Assembly: GCA_963741945.1 (NCBI GenBank)
Contig: CAVUKA010000007.1
Location: 1 to 64,000, forward strand
From: an uncultured Gemmatimonadales bacterium
Lineage (GTDB): Bacteria > Gemmatimonadota > Gemmatimonadetes > Longimicrobiales > RSA9
DNA length: 64,000 nucleotides
Direction: 5' to 3'
Positions 22,427-32,218 of the stretch are shown piece by piece. The notes beneath the pieces are model-generated. The model did not search any database, was not told the origin of the DNA, and saw only the letters and a list, made by a program, of their open reading frames with translations. Positions within the stretch are counted from its first letter, which is position 1. Each line of letters starts with the position of its first letter. The position numbers were made by a program, and so were the translations under genes.

Positions 22427-22977
22427 GCCGCGGCTCCCGAGGGGGCGAGCTCGACGGCGAGGCGGCCATCCAGCTCGGGGACGAACACCTCCACGCGGCT
22501 GCCGTCCGGGACGTTCAGGTGGCGGCCCACGATGTCCGGCTGGATCGGCAGCTCCCGGCCGCCGCGGTCCACGAGCACGCACAGGAGGATCCGGCGGGGC
22601 CGGCCGAAGTCGGCCAGCTCGTCCATGGCGGCCCGTGCCGTGCGACCGGTGAAGGCCACGTCGTCGATGATGACCACGAGCCGGTCATCCACGCCGCCGT
22701 CAGGGAGCCGCGTCTCGCCGACCACCGGACGGGGTCCGACCACGCCCAGGTCATCGCGGTACAGGGTGATGTCCAGCGAGCCCACGGGCGGGCGCACGGC
22801 CTCCGCCCGCTCGATCTCGTCCGCGATCCGGTGCGCCAGCTGCACGCCACGACGGTGAATTCCTATGAGAGAGAGCCCTTCGGTCCCGGCGCTCTTCTCG
22901 ATGATTTCGCGCGCCATGCGCGCCAGGGCGCGCTCCACCGCGCGCTCGTCCAGGATCTGCTGTCGATCTGATGCCAT
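22423..22977 (-). CDS. pyrR: PyrR (pyrimidine regulator/UPRTase family)
   Basis: [35 protein letters not shown]. Confidence 0.95.
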   Translation of the reverse strand: MASDRQQILDERAVERALARMAREIIEKSAGTEGLSLIGIHRRGVQLAHRIADEIERAEAVRPPVGSLDITLYRDDLGVVGPRPVVGETRLPDGGVDDRLVVIIDDVAFTGRTARAAMDELADFGRPRRILLCVLVDRGGRELPIQPDIVGRHLNVPDGSRVEVFVPELDGRLAVELAPSGAAA

Positions 22978-23016
22978 TCCCAGCGCCCGCAGGGGTGTGT
23001 GTCGGAAGGTCGTGGC

Positions 23017-23045
23017 AAGGTACCGGCGGCCAAATCCGAGGTCAA
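23017..23045 (-). promoter_or_regulatory. sigma70 promoter of the pyrRBC operon
   Basis: TTGACC-17 nt-TACCTT on the minus strand, 39 nt upstream of the pyrR ATG. Confidence 0.6.
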
Positions 23046-23156
23046 CGCCGCGACCGTCGGATCACCACCGCCCCCGGCCCGGCGCGGTTTCGCGATCCGG
23101 CAGTTCTTCCTATCTTCGCCCGTCGCTCTCCTTCTTCCCCCCCCGGAATCGAACGC

Positions 23157-24851
23157 ATGGATGCCTCGGTGATCGACCCGGGCTGGCTCAGCCTGCTCCC
23201 GCCCATAGCCGCTATCATCATGGCCCTGGTGTTCCGGGAGGTGGTGATCTCCCTGTTCATGGGCGTTTGGCTCGGCGCGCTGTTCCTCGCGAACTTCAAC
23301 CCCGTGACGGCCACGCTGCGGAGCGTGGACCAGTACGTGGTCCAGGCGCTGGCCGGCGACTCGGCGCACGTGTCCATCGTCATGTTCAGCCTGCTGCTGG
23401 GCGGGATGGTGGGGGTGATGTCGAGGAGCGGCGGGACGCTGGGGATGGTGGAGGCAATGCGGGGGTCCGCGACCACGTCCCGGCGCGGCCAGTTCTACAC
23501 GTGGCTGGCGGGGATCGCGATCTTCTTCGACGACTACGCCAACACGCTCATTGTCGGCAACACGTTCCGTCCGGTGACGGACCGGCTGCGGGTGTCACGG
23601 GAGAAGCTGGCCTACATCGTGGACTCCACGGCGGCGCCCATGGCGTCCATCGCCCTCATCTCCACCTGGGTGGGTTTCGAGATCTCGCTCATCAGCGACA
23701 CGCTCCGCTCCGCGGCGAAGAACGTGACGGACCCGGCGCAGGCCGCGGAGCTGCTGGCGGGAGCGGACAGCCCGTTCGCCATCTTCCTCCATTCCATCCC
23801 GTACCTCTTCTACCCGATCCTGGCGCTCGTCTTCGTGCTGCTGATCGTCATCACGGGGCGGGATTTCGGGCCCATGCAGAAGGCGGAGGAGCGGGCGGCG
23901 AGCGGGGGCGGGCTGCACCGGGAAGGCGCATCGCTGGCGGTGGACTCGTCGGGCGGGCTCATGGAGCCGCCGGGGCACAAGCCGCACCGGTGGTGGAACG
24001 CGGCCATCCCCGTCGTCCTCACCGTGGCGGTGGCGCTGCTGGGCATCTACGCCACGGGCGTGCAGTCCGTGGGCACCGACGCGGGCATGCGGCAGATCAT
24101 CGGCGCGGGCGACGCGTTCAAGTCGCTCATGTGGGCATCGTTCGCGGGGTCGCTCACCGCCATTACCCTGGCCGTGGGGCAGCGGGTCCTGACACTGACC
24201 CAGGCCGTGGAAGCGTGGGTGAGCGGAATGCGCGCCATGATGCTGGGGATGATCATCCTCATCCTGGCGTGGTCGCTGGGCGGCGTGACGGAAGGGCTCG
24301 GCACGGGGCCCTACCTGGCCTCGCTGCTCCAGGACACCCTGCCCATCCACCTGCTCCCCGTCCTCGTCTTCATCACGGCCGCCGTCATTTCATTCGCCAC
24401 GGGGACGTCCTGGGGCACGATGTCGATCCTCTTCCCCGTGGTCATCCCGCTGGCCGTGGCCATGGGTGCGGGCGTGGGCTTCGAGTCGGAGGGGCACTAC
24501 ACGGTCCTGCTGGGCGTGGTCAGCTCCATCATGGCCGGGTCCATCTTCGGCGACCACTGCTCGCCCATCTCCGACACCACGGTCATGAGCTCCATGGCTT
24601 CCGCGTGCGACCACGTGGACCACGTCCGTACGCAGCTGCCCTACGCCCTCACGGTCGCCCTGGTGGGCATGGCCGTGGGTGACCTGCCCACCGCCTACGG
24701 CATGAGCCCGTTCATCTCGCTCCCGCTGGGCATCGCCATCCTCGCGCTGCTGCTCCGGTTCCTCGGTACCCCCACCGGCCCCGAAGTCTTCGACGCCGCG
24801 GCCGCCACCAGGCTCCGGGACCCCGAGCCGGTCACTGCCCGTAGCCCGTGA
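23157..24851 (+). CDS. Na+/H+ antiporter NhaC-family transporter
   Basis: Polytopic; IFFDDYAN, REKLAYIVDSTAAP, SFATGTSWG, GDHCSPISDTT. Confidence 0.9.
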   Translation: MDASVIDPGWLSLLPPIAAIIMALVFREVVISLFMGVWLGALFLANFNPVTATLRSVDQYVVQALAGDSAHVSIVMFSLLLGGMVGVMSRSGGTLGMVEAMRGSATTSRRGQFYTWLAGIAIFFDDYANTLIVGNTFRPVTDRLRVSREKLAYIVDSTAAPMASIALISTWVGFEISLISDTLRSAAKNVTDPAQAAELLAGADSPFAIFLHSIPYLFYPILALVFVLLIVITGRDFGPMQKAEERAASGGGLHREGASLAVDSSGGLMEPPGHKPHRWWNAAIPVVLTVAVALLGIYATGVQSVGTDAGMRQIIGAGDAFKSLMWASFAGSLTAITLAVGQRVLTLTQAVEAWVSGMRAMMLGMIILILAWSLGGVTEGLGTGPYLASLLQDTLPIHLLPVLVFITAAVISFATGTSWGTMSILFPVVIPLAVAMGAGVGFESEGHYTVLLGVVSSIMAGSIFGDHCSPISDTTVMSSMASACDHVDHVRTQLPYALTVALVGMAVGDLPTAYGMSPFISLPLGIAILALLLRFLGTPTGPEVFDAAAATRLRDPEPVTARSP

Positions 24852-26028
24852 GCTCCACGTAGCCCTGCCCCCGGACGGGACCACCCGACGCCGTCCCGTC
24901 CACCGTCACCGCACCCTCCCAGTACCGGAACGCCAGTTCCAGCTCCTGGTCCCGGAGCCGCGGCACGACCCGCACGTCCAGCCCGACCCCCGGGACGCGC
25001 ACGCGCCATCCGGACGGGTAGCGCACACCCGCCGCGCTCGTCCACTCACCGGTGGCCTCCAGCGCGAACGCTTCTGCGTCCAGGGGCGTGACGCTGCCGT
25101 CGGCGGCGACGAAGCTGCCGGCGCTGAACCGGTCCGTCCCACCATCGTTGCGGCGCAGCCGGTACAGCATGAGCTCCGAGCCATCATCGAGCTGAAGCGC
25201 GAGCCAGTCCCACCCCGCGAGCTCCGGCCCCAGGGCGCTCGTCCCCCACTCCCGGTCGAGCCACGCCTCGCCGCGCACCGCCACGGTGTCGCTCCCGCTC
25301 ACCACCGTGCCCCGGGCGCTCAGGCGCGGGATGGAATAGTAGTACGACGCGTTGCCCGGCTCGGGCCCTTTTCGGCTCAGCCCGCCATCCCCCTGCGGCA
25401 CGACGGGCGCCACCGGCCGGAGCACCAGGTCGATGGCCGCCCCGGTGTCCTTCGCCACCACGTGGAACGCCCCGATCCGGGCGGGACCCGGCGTCGCCCC
25501 CGCGTGCACCGCCGGGACGGCCGCTCCGGTGTCCGCGGAGGTGTCAGTGGCCTCGCCCGTGGCCGACCAGCCGTCCACCCAGATGCGCAACGGGGCCGTG
25601 GTGGCGCCGGCGAGCCCCAGGGCGGCCCGGTCGAAGCGCTGGAACGCGCGGAATCGGTCGGCCGACACATCGGTCAGCGCGAAATGCGCCATGTACGCCT
25701 GGCTCGTGGCCCACGCCGACTCCACCGCCGGCGGGCCGGGCCTGAGCGCGCTGCGGAAGAAGGTCAGCTGAAAGCCGAACGCCCTGCCGTCGCCGGCTTC
25801 CACGTTGCCGGTGAAGTACCACCATTCGTGCTTGAAATGCGGGTGCGGCCCGTGGTCTGCCGGGAAATTGAACGGCCGCGGCGAATCGGCGCGCAGGAAC
25901 CCGGCGGTGTCCGCGTCGGTCAGTGCGGCGGTGACCGAGAGCGTGGCCCGCGGCGGTGTCGGCCGCGAGCAGCCGGCCAGCACGATGGCGAGGGCCGCCA
26001 TCGCCATGCGGCGCGGGACCCGTTTCAT
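24832..26028 (-). CDS. AttH/CrtC-like lipocalin-domain lipoprotein
   Basis: Lipobox LAGC; FPADHGPH..FKHEWWYFTGN, ASYYYSIP, WLDREW, GWDW, YWEG.V, GYVELTGY. Confidence 0.88.
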   Translation of the reverse strand: MKRVPRRMAMAALAIVLAGCSRPTPPRATLSVTAALTDADTAGFLRADSPRPFNFPADHGPHPHFKHEWWYFTGNVEAGDGRAFGFQLTFFRSALRPGPPAVESAWATSQAYMAHFALTDVSADRFRAFQRFDRAALGLAGATTAPLRIWVDGWSATGEATDTSADTGAAVPAVHAGATPGPARIGAFHVVAKDTGAAIDLVLRPVAPVVPQGDGGLSRKGPEPGNASYYYSIPRLSARGTVVSGSDTVAVRGEAWLDREWGTSALGPELAGWDWLALQLDDGSELMLYRLRRNDGGTDRFSAGSFVAADGSVTPLDAEAFALEATGEWTSAAGVRYPSGWRVRVPGVGLDVRVVPRLRDQELELAFRYWEGAVTVDGTASGGPVRGQGYVELTGYGQ

Positions 26029-28539
26029 TCCGACCTCAGCGCTTCGGCCGGCGAGGTCCGCGCCATGCGCCACGACGGGTAGATCCCGGCGAGCAGCGAC
26101 GCGGCGACGGCCAGGACCACGGCCTGAAGCAGCACTCCCGGCGGCGCCGACAGCTCGATGGTCCAGCCGAAGGAACGCCGGTTGATGAACTCCACCATCA
26201 GCACGGAGAGCAGGAGTCCGAGCGGCACGGCCATGAGCCCCGCCGCGAATCCCATGATCCCGGTCTGCGACGCCACCATCGCCCACACCTGACCGGGCGT
26301 CAGCCCGTTCGCCCGCAGCACCCCCAACTCCCTCCCCCGCTCCAGCTGGAGGGCCATGAGCGCGCTGAGGACGCCCACGAAAGCGACGATCAGCGCCAGG
26401 AAACGGAGCACCTGGGTGATGGCGAACGTGCGGTCGAAGACCACGAGCGATGCGCGGGCCAGCGTGTGGTTGGAGCGGATGGTGAGCGCCTGGATTCCCG
26501 CCGTCGCTTCCCGCATCCGCCGGATCGTCGCATCGCGTTCGGCCCCCGGCTTCAGGATCAGCGCCAGCGTGGTCACCGTGGAGTCGCCCCACAGCCGGAC
26601 GTAGGCGGGGAAGCTGATCATCACGACGCCGCGGTCCGAGCCGTAGTCGCGGTACACGCCCGCGACCGGGAACGGAGCCAGTCCCTGCGGAGTGCGCAGC
26701 CGGATCGTGTCCCCCACGCCGATCCCGGTGTGATATGCGAACGGCTCCGAAACCATGAGCACGCGTCCGGCCACGAAGTCGTCCCAGAACTCGTCGACAC
26801 GACCGGCGAGGAACGTGAAATGATGACGCAGGCGGGAGTCGTCGCCGATGGCCATGAGGTCCACGGGGCCCCGGGCGGTGGCGACGTCGCCCCGCCGGTA
26901 GCGGCGAACTTCGGCCACTGCGGGGTCTCCCACGAGACGGGCCACCGCTTCTGGCGCGATCGGCCCGGGCGCGCTCCCGCTGGGCTGCACCGGCGCCACA
27001 TAGACGTCGGCCGACAGCGTCCGGTCGAGCCAGCGCACCACGCTCCCCCGGAAGCTTCCGATCATGACGGACACGCCAATGGTCACGGACACCGCGATCG
27101 TCAGAGCCGCCACGGCAGGACCCGTCCGGCTGAGCCCCGACACGACTCCGCCCGCCGCCATCCGCCCCAGCACTCCGAACGATGCCCCCGCCAGCGGCTT
27201 CAGGACGCGCATCAGGAGCACGGTGGCGAGCGGGGTCAGCAGCGAGATGCCGATGATCACGCCGAACAGGCCGACGAAGCTGGCATCGACGCCGCGCGAC
27301 AGCAGGAGGGCGAGCCCACCGGCGGCGGCGAGGGCGAGCCCGGCGGCGGATACGAGCGGGAGGCGGCGGCGCAGGCCGCTCTCGAGCTCCGACCTCAGCA
27401 GCGCTGATCGAGGGTGCGTCATGGCGGCTTCGTACGCCGGGGGGAGCGCGGCCAGGAGCGTGCCGCCGATACCCAGGGCGAGCGCTTTCACCACCGTCAC
27501 GGGTGCCACGATCAGCTCTCGCACCGTCACCACGAAATACAGGTCCTGGATCGTGCGGGTGACCAGGCGCAGCAGGACTTCCGCCAGCGCGAAGCCGAGG
27601 AGGCCGCCCAGCAGCACTCCGGCGATTGCGAGGACGGCGGCCTCCATCAGGACCAGGCGGAAGACCTGCCCGCGCGTGGCGCCGAGCGCGCGCAGGGTGC
27701 CGAGAAGCCGGCGGCGCTGCACCACCGAGAACGTCACACTGTTGTAGATCAGGAACAGCCCGAAAATGAGCGCCAGAAGGCTGAGTGCGCGGAGGTTCAG
27801 GTCGAACGCCCGCGTCATGTCGCGCAGCTCTCCCGCGGCCGCCCCCGCGGGCCGGAGCTCCGCCCCGGGCGGCAGCGCCGCCGAGACGCGCGCGGCCGCC
27901 GCGTCGCCCGCCAGGATCAGGTCCACCCGGTCAAGGCCGTGGCGGCCGAGCACGGCCTCCGCCGTCCCGACATCCAGCAGCAGCAGGTTCTCCAGCCCGA
28001 GTCGGCTCGCTTCGTCCGCCGGCTGGAGCAGCGCCGCCACCCGGACGCTGTCGCGGCGCCCGCCGACATCCAGCCGCAGCCAGTCGCCCTCCGACAGACC
28101 CAGCGTCGCCGCCGTCCCGCTGCTCAGCAGCCCCGCTCTCGCCCCGATGAGCAGCGGCGCCGCCGGACGCTCGGCGTCGCCCCCGCTGTACCGGCGGAAG
28201 GGCGCTTCCGAGAACGGATCGACAGCCGAGCACGCGCAACGCGGTACCGGAGGGGAGGGCGACCCCATCGCCTTCGACCACGGGCGCGGCCGCGCGAACT
28301 CCCGGCAGCCCGCGCAGCAGCGCGAACGCGCTGTCCGGCAATCCGCCGGGGCCACCCACGGCCTGGTGCGTGGCCCGCCCGGCCACGGTCTCGGCGGAAA
28401 GCGTGAAGCCGCGTCGCGCGCTGGAGACGGCCATGTCCACGGACAGCACCACCGCCACGCCGAGTCCCACGCCCAGCACGGAGAGCGCCGTCTGCCAGCG
28501 GTGACGCCAGAGGCTGCGCAGACTCGACAGACGCAGCAT
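26025..28539 (-). CDS. FtsX/MacB-type ABC permease (AttF/G-like), single frameshift near 28224
   Basis: N-part in ORF 27931..28620 ([16 protein letters not shown]) joins ORF 26025..28355 if one T is removed (CTC GGC [T] GTC GAT CCG); two FtsX-type TM blocks. Confidence 0.85.
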
Positions 28540-28552
28540 GCTCACGGGCGCC

Positions 28553-29221
28553 TCAGCGCTCCCGCAGGCGGCCGTCCCGGAGCACCAGCACGCGGTCGGC
28601 CAGTGGCACGGCTTCCTCACTGTGCGTCACGATCAGCACCGTCTTCCCCGCCGAGCGCGCCAGCCGCTCCATGAGCCCCAGCACCGTGCGGCCGGTCTCC
28701 CGGTCCAGGTTTCCCGTGGGCTCGTCCGCCAGGACCACCGCCGGCTCGTGCGACAGTGCCCGCGCCACTGCCACCCGCTGCTGCTCGCCGCCGGACAGCC
28801 GATCGGGGAACACGGCCGACCGATCGGCCAGGCCCACCCGGGAGAGCAGGTCGCGAGCCCGCGCATGATCACCGGGCGTGTCCCGACCGCTCAGCTCCAG
28901 CGGCAGGAGGAGATTTTCCTCCACGGTGAGGGTGGGTATCAGATTGAAGAACTGGAAGATGAACCCGATCCGGTCCCGTCTGAACAGCGTCCTTGCCCGC
29001 TCGCTTAGCGACGGCAGCGAGACACCATCGATCCGGACGTCCCCCGCCGTCGGGACGTCGATCCCGCTCACCACGTTCAGCAGCGTGGTCTTCCCGGAAC
29101 CGCTCGGGCCGAGCAGCACCACGATCTCACCGTCGTCCACCCGCATGCCGAGATCCCGGAACACCACGCGCTCCGTTCCCGCTTCCGGGTAGCTCTTCGT
29201 CAATCCTTCGATCTCGATCAT
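28553..29221 (-). CDS. ABC transporter ATP-binding protein (LolD/AttE-like)
   Basis: [36 protein letters not shown]. Confidence 0.95.
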   Translation of the reverse strand: MIEIEGLTKSYPEAGTERVVFRDLGMRVDDGEIVVLLGPSGSGKTTLLNVVSGIDVPTAGDVRIDGVSLPSLSERARTLFRRDRIGFIFQFFNLIPTLTVEENLLLPLELSGRDTPGDHARARDLLSRVGLADRSAVFPDRLSGGEQQRVAVARALSHEPAVVLADEPTGNLDRETGRTVLGLMERLARSAGKTVLIVTHSEEAVPLADRVLVLRDGRLRER

Positions 29222-29320
29222 CGCGGCGGGAAGATAATCGGTACGGGGGATGACCATAAGGCGGCGAACGGGTTCCCCCACTCGCCGCCTCGATGGCCCT
29301 GCCGTTCTTACCGCCGCTGC

Positions 29321-29524
29321 CTACGACGTCATCCGCTGCACCAGCAACGCGCCCACCGGCACCGCGATCAGCGCGCTCAACGCCAGTCCGCTACGCGTGG
29401 TCAGGAGCGCTTTCGCTCCCTTCGCCGCCACGAGCGCCTTCGCGCCCTTCACGGGATGACGCACCACGAACGTGGTTTTCGGAGCCTTCGTGTATCCGAT
29501 CAGGGTCGCCAGCTTGCCAATCAT
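29321..29524 (-). CDS. Small basic protein with C-terminal hydrophobic helix (67 aa)
   Basis: GGAGGA RBS before the ATG at 29524; MIGKLATLIGYTKAPK...LALSALIAVPVGALLV. Confidence 0.7.
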   Translation of the reverse strand: MIGKLATLIGYTKAPKTTFVVRHPVKGAKALVAAKGAKALLTTRSGLALSALIAVPVGALLVQRMTS

Positions 29525-29603
29525 GCACCCTCCTCCATTCGGGGGTCGATTCCAGCCTCGCTTCCCCCACACACAGTGCAAGCTTCATGCGAGGTCGAAG
29601 GGC

Positions 29604-30014
29604 CTAAAACCCCCACGCTCCACGCGTTATGAGCTCCAGGCTGTTCCCCTCCGGATCCCGGAAATACACCGAAGCGCCGCCACTCGGCCAGCTGTGCTCC
29701 TGCTCGATCTCCACGCCCGCCAGGCGCAGGTGGCGACGCCAGGCGTCGAGCGCATCCGCGTCCGGGACTTCGAGCGCCACGTGCCCGGGGCCCTCGGCGC
29801 CGTGCGGCGGGACATCGCCACCGGGCTCTGCCGTGGCGCGGGCATCGAACACCAGCAGCAGGTCGCGGCCGGCGCGGAAGAAGACATGACGGCCGGGCTT
29901 GCGGCCGATGAGCTGCAGGCCGAGCCGTCGCCAGAATCGCTCGGCGCGGGCCAGATCGTGGACGTACAGGGCGGCCTCGTGAATGCCGCCGAGCGGCGGA
30001 TGGATTTCTGCCAT
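29604..30014 (-). CDS. VOC/glyoxalase family protein
   Basis: IHEAALYVHDLARAERF, HVAL, SVYFRDPEGNSLELI. Confidence 0.9.
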   Translation of the reverse strand: MAEIHPPLGGIHEAALYVHDLARAERFWRRLGLQLIGRKPGRHVFFRAGRDLLLVFDARATAEPGGDVPPHGAEGPGHVALEVPDADALDAWRRHLRLAGVEIEQEHSWPSGGASVYFRDPEGNSLELITRGAWGF

Positions 30015-30015
30015 G

Positions 30016-30954
30016 CTAGGTCACGGGTGTGAGGAGCGGTTCTCCGCGAATGCCCCGGAGCAGGTTCTGCCAGGCGAGATCGAACATGGCCTGGCGCGTC
30101 TCGCAGGTGGCGCTGCCGAGGTGCGGGAGGAGGACCACGTTGTCGAGCCCCAGGAGATCGTCCGGAACGCGCGGCTCCTCGGCGTAGACGTCCAGCCCGG
30201 CGCGTAGGCGCCCCGCCACGAGCTCCCGCACCAGGGCCTTCTGGTCCACCACATCCCCGCGGGCGGTGTTGACGAGAATGGCGCCATCGCGCAGGGAAGC
30301 GAGCACCCCGGCGTCGATGATGCCCCGCGTGCCCGGCGTGGACGCCAGGGTCACGGCGAGCACGTCCGCCCGGGCGGCCAGCTCCCCGAGCTCCCCTGTC
30401 CGCTCCGCTCCGACCTCGCTCTCCCACGCCGTGTGGCGGCCGCGTCCCCAGTATGCGACGCGCATCCCGAACGCTCCCGCCCGACGTCCCACTTCCCGGC
30501 CGATCCGCCCGGCGCCGACCACTCCCAGCACCTTGCCGTCGAGCCCGGTCCCCATCAGCTGGGTGGGGGCCCACCCGGTCCACGCGCCACCGCGCACCAG
30601 GCGCTCGCCCTCGCCCACGCGCCGCGCCACGGCCAGGATGAGCGCCCACGTCAGCTCGGCCGTGGCGCCCGTGAGGACGTCCGGCGTATTGGACACGGCG
30701 ATCCCGCGGAGGCGAGCCGCATCGACCTCGACGTTGTCGTAGCCCACGGCCATGTTGGCGATCACCCGGAGCTGCGGCAGACGGTCCATCTCCGCGCCGC
30801 CGATCCGGCGGGTGAGGAGCGGGAGGATGCCGACGTGCGGTCCGCCGGCGGGGATTGCGTCCGCGGGATCCAGCAGGTCCACGGCCACGGAGTCGGGCGG
30901 CGAGTGCGCGTGCAGGAACTCCGCCACCTCGGACGAGACGAGGACCCGCATCAT
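30016..30954 (-). CDS. D-isomer 2-hydroxyacid (D-glycerate/glyoxylate) dehydrogenase
   Basis: AVGYDNV, SNTPDVLT.ATAEL, GAGRIG, NTARG, GLDVY..EP, PHLGSAT. Confidence 0.92.
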   Translation of the reverse strand: MMRVLVSSEVAEFLHAHSPPDSVAVDLLDPADAIPAGGPHVGILPLLTRRIGGAEMDRLPQLRVIANMAVGYDNVEVDAARLRGIAVSNTPDVLTGATAELTWALILAVARRVGEGERLVRGGAWTGWAPTQLMGTGLDGKVLGVVGAGRIGREVGRRAGAFGMRVAYWGRGRHTAWESEVGAERTGELGELAARADVLAVTLASTPGTRGIIDAGVLASLRDGAILVNTARGDVVDQKALVRELVAGRLRAGLDVYAEEPRVPDDLLGLDNVVLLPHLGSATCETRQAMFDLAWQNLLRGIRGEPLLTPVT

Positions 30955-31427
30955 CGCCGTGCCCGGAAGAAGTCGCGCAGGAGGTCACCTGCCTCGTCGG
31001 CGAGAACGCCCGGCGTGATCTCGATGCGGTGGTTCAGGCGGGGGTCCTGGGCGAGATTGGCGAGCGAGCCGGCCATGCCGGCCTTCGGATCAGACGCGGC
31101 GTAGACCAGCCGTGCGATGCGTGCCAGCACCATCGCGCCGGCGCACATGGCGCACGGCTCGAGCGTGACGTAGAGCGTGGCGTCATTGAGCCACCAGTGA
31201 CCCTGGCGCTCCGCGGCCATGCGGAGCGCCAGGATCTCCGCGTGCGCGGTCGGATCATTCAGGCCGCGAGGCCGGTTGTGCGCCTCGGCCACGACCCCGC
31301 CGCCGGTCACCACCACGGCGCCAACGGGGACTTCATCCAGCGCCGCCGCCATTCCGGCCTGCAGGAGAGCCTGCCGCATCCAGCGCTCATCGTCCGGGTG
31401 CGGCGGGCTCGGCTCGAGCGCGTCCAT
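30951..31427 (-). CDS. tadA: tRNA adenosine(34) deaminase
   Basis: EVPVGAV, DPTAHAE, TLEPCAMC, DPKAG, FFRARR. Confidence 0.93.
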   Translation of the reverse strand: MDALEPSPPHPDDERWMRQALLQAGMAAALDEVPVGAVVVTGGGVVAEAHNRPRGLNDPTAHAEILALRMAAERQGHWWLNDATLYVTLEPCAMCAGAMVLARIARLVYAASDPKAGMAGSLANLAQDPRLNHRIEITPGVLADEAGDLLRDFFRARR

Positions 31428-31428
31428 G

Positions 31429-32103
31429 TCAGCCGGCGATCGCGCCTTCCGGCGATCCCTGCTGCTGGGCCAGGCCGGCCCGGGTATCGGTCCGGAGACG
31501 CCGGATCACGGCGGTGACACGACCCAGAACATCCACGCCCGTCCGCCGATTGATGGCCACGGCAGCCGCCGAGTGTCCGGCCGTCGCGAGCATGGGATCC
31601 CCCGTCTGCTCCCGCTGGATCCGACAGACCGTCGTCTCACCGGCGAGTCGGGCCACCACGATCTCGTTGTCATCCAGGCTCTCGACCGTGGCCGGCTCCA
31701 CGAGCAGAAGGTCGCCATCCCAGATCCCGGCGCTGCGCAGAGAGTTCCCCACCATCGAGACCAGGAAGGCCGCCGAGGAGCCTGCCAGCTTGCGGTCGAG
31801 GGTCAGCTTCTCGAGCGGGTCCTTGATGGACGGCTCGCTCAGGTGGACGTCGATGTGGGGGACGGAAACCACGTCGGCACCCAGATCGAGGCCGAGGAGG
31901 CGGACGCCCCGGGAGCGGGAGGAATCCCGCTCGATCCAGCCTTTGTTGGCCAGCGACTGGAGGAGCTCCGACACCGACTTGGTGCTCTTGATGTCGAACG
32001 CCGCACCGATCTCGCGGACGGACGGCTGGTATGTATGGCTGCGAACGTAGTCCGCGAGGTAGTCGAGGACGTCGCGCTCGAGACTGCTCAGAGCATCCGG
32101 CAT
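31429..32103 (-). CDS. lexA: LexA-like repressor with degenerate autocleavage machinery
   Basis: LexA wHTH (YQPSVREIG..F.IKS...LANKGWIER...SRGVRL) and S24 domain (GNSL..AGIWDGDLLLV...IVVARL); no Ala-Gly site and Cys at the catalytic Lys position. Confidence 0.8.
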   Translation of the reverse strand: MPDALSSLERDVLDYLADYVRSHTYQPSVREIGAAFDIKSTKSVSELLQSLANKGWIERDSSRSRGVRLLGLDLGADVVSVPHIDVHLSEPSIKDPLEKLTLDRKLAGSSAAFLVSMVGNSLRSAGIWDGDLLLVEPATVESLDDNEIVVARLAGETTVCRIQREQTGDPMLATAGHSAAAVAINRRTGVDVLGRVTAVIRRLRTDTRAGLAQQQGSPEGAIAG

Positions 32104-32105
32104 AA

Positions 32106-32178
32106 TTGCCCCTCCTGGGATCGAACCAGGACTCTCCTGATCCAGAGTCAGGCGTGTTGCCAATTACACCAAGGGGCA
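32106..32178 (-). tRNA. tRNA-Gln(CTG), CCA not encoded
   Basis: TGCCCCT-TG-GTGT AATTGGCA ACAC-G-CCTGA CTCTGGA TCAGG-AGAGT-CCTGG TTCGATC CCAGG-AGGGGCA-A cloverleaf, 73 nt. Confidence 0.96.
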
Positions 32179-32218
32179 GAACACGCGCCCGGCTCCCATA
32201 ACCGAATCGCGGGATGGG

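Noticed and set aside
31429-32178. Prophage repressor and attachment site at tRNA-Gln
   Set aside because: No integrase, no duplicated tRNA 3' end seen, flanking genes are housekeeping, and the N-terminal domain is LexA-type rather than CI-type.
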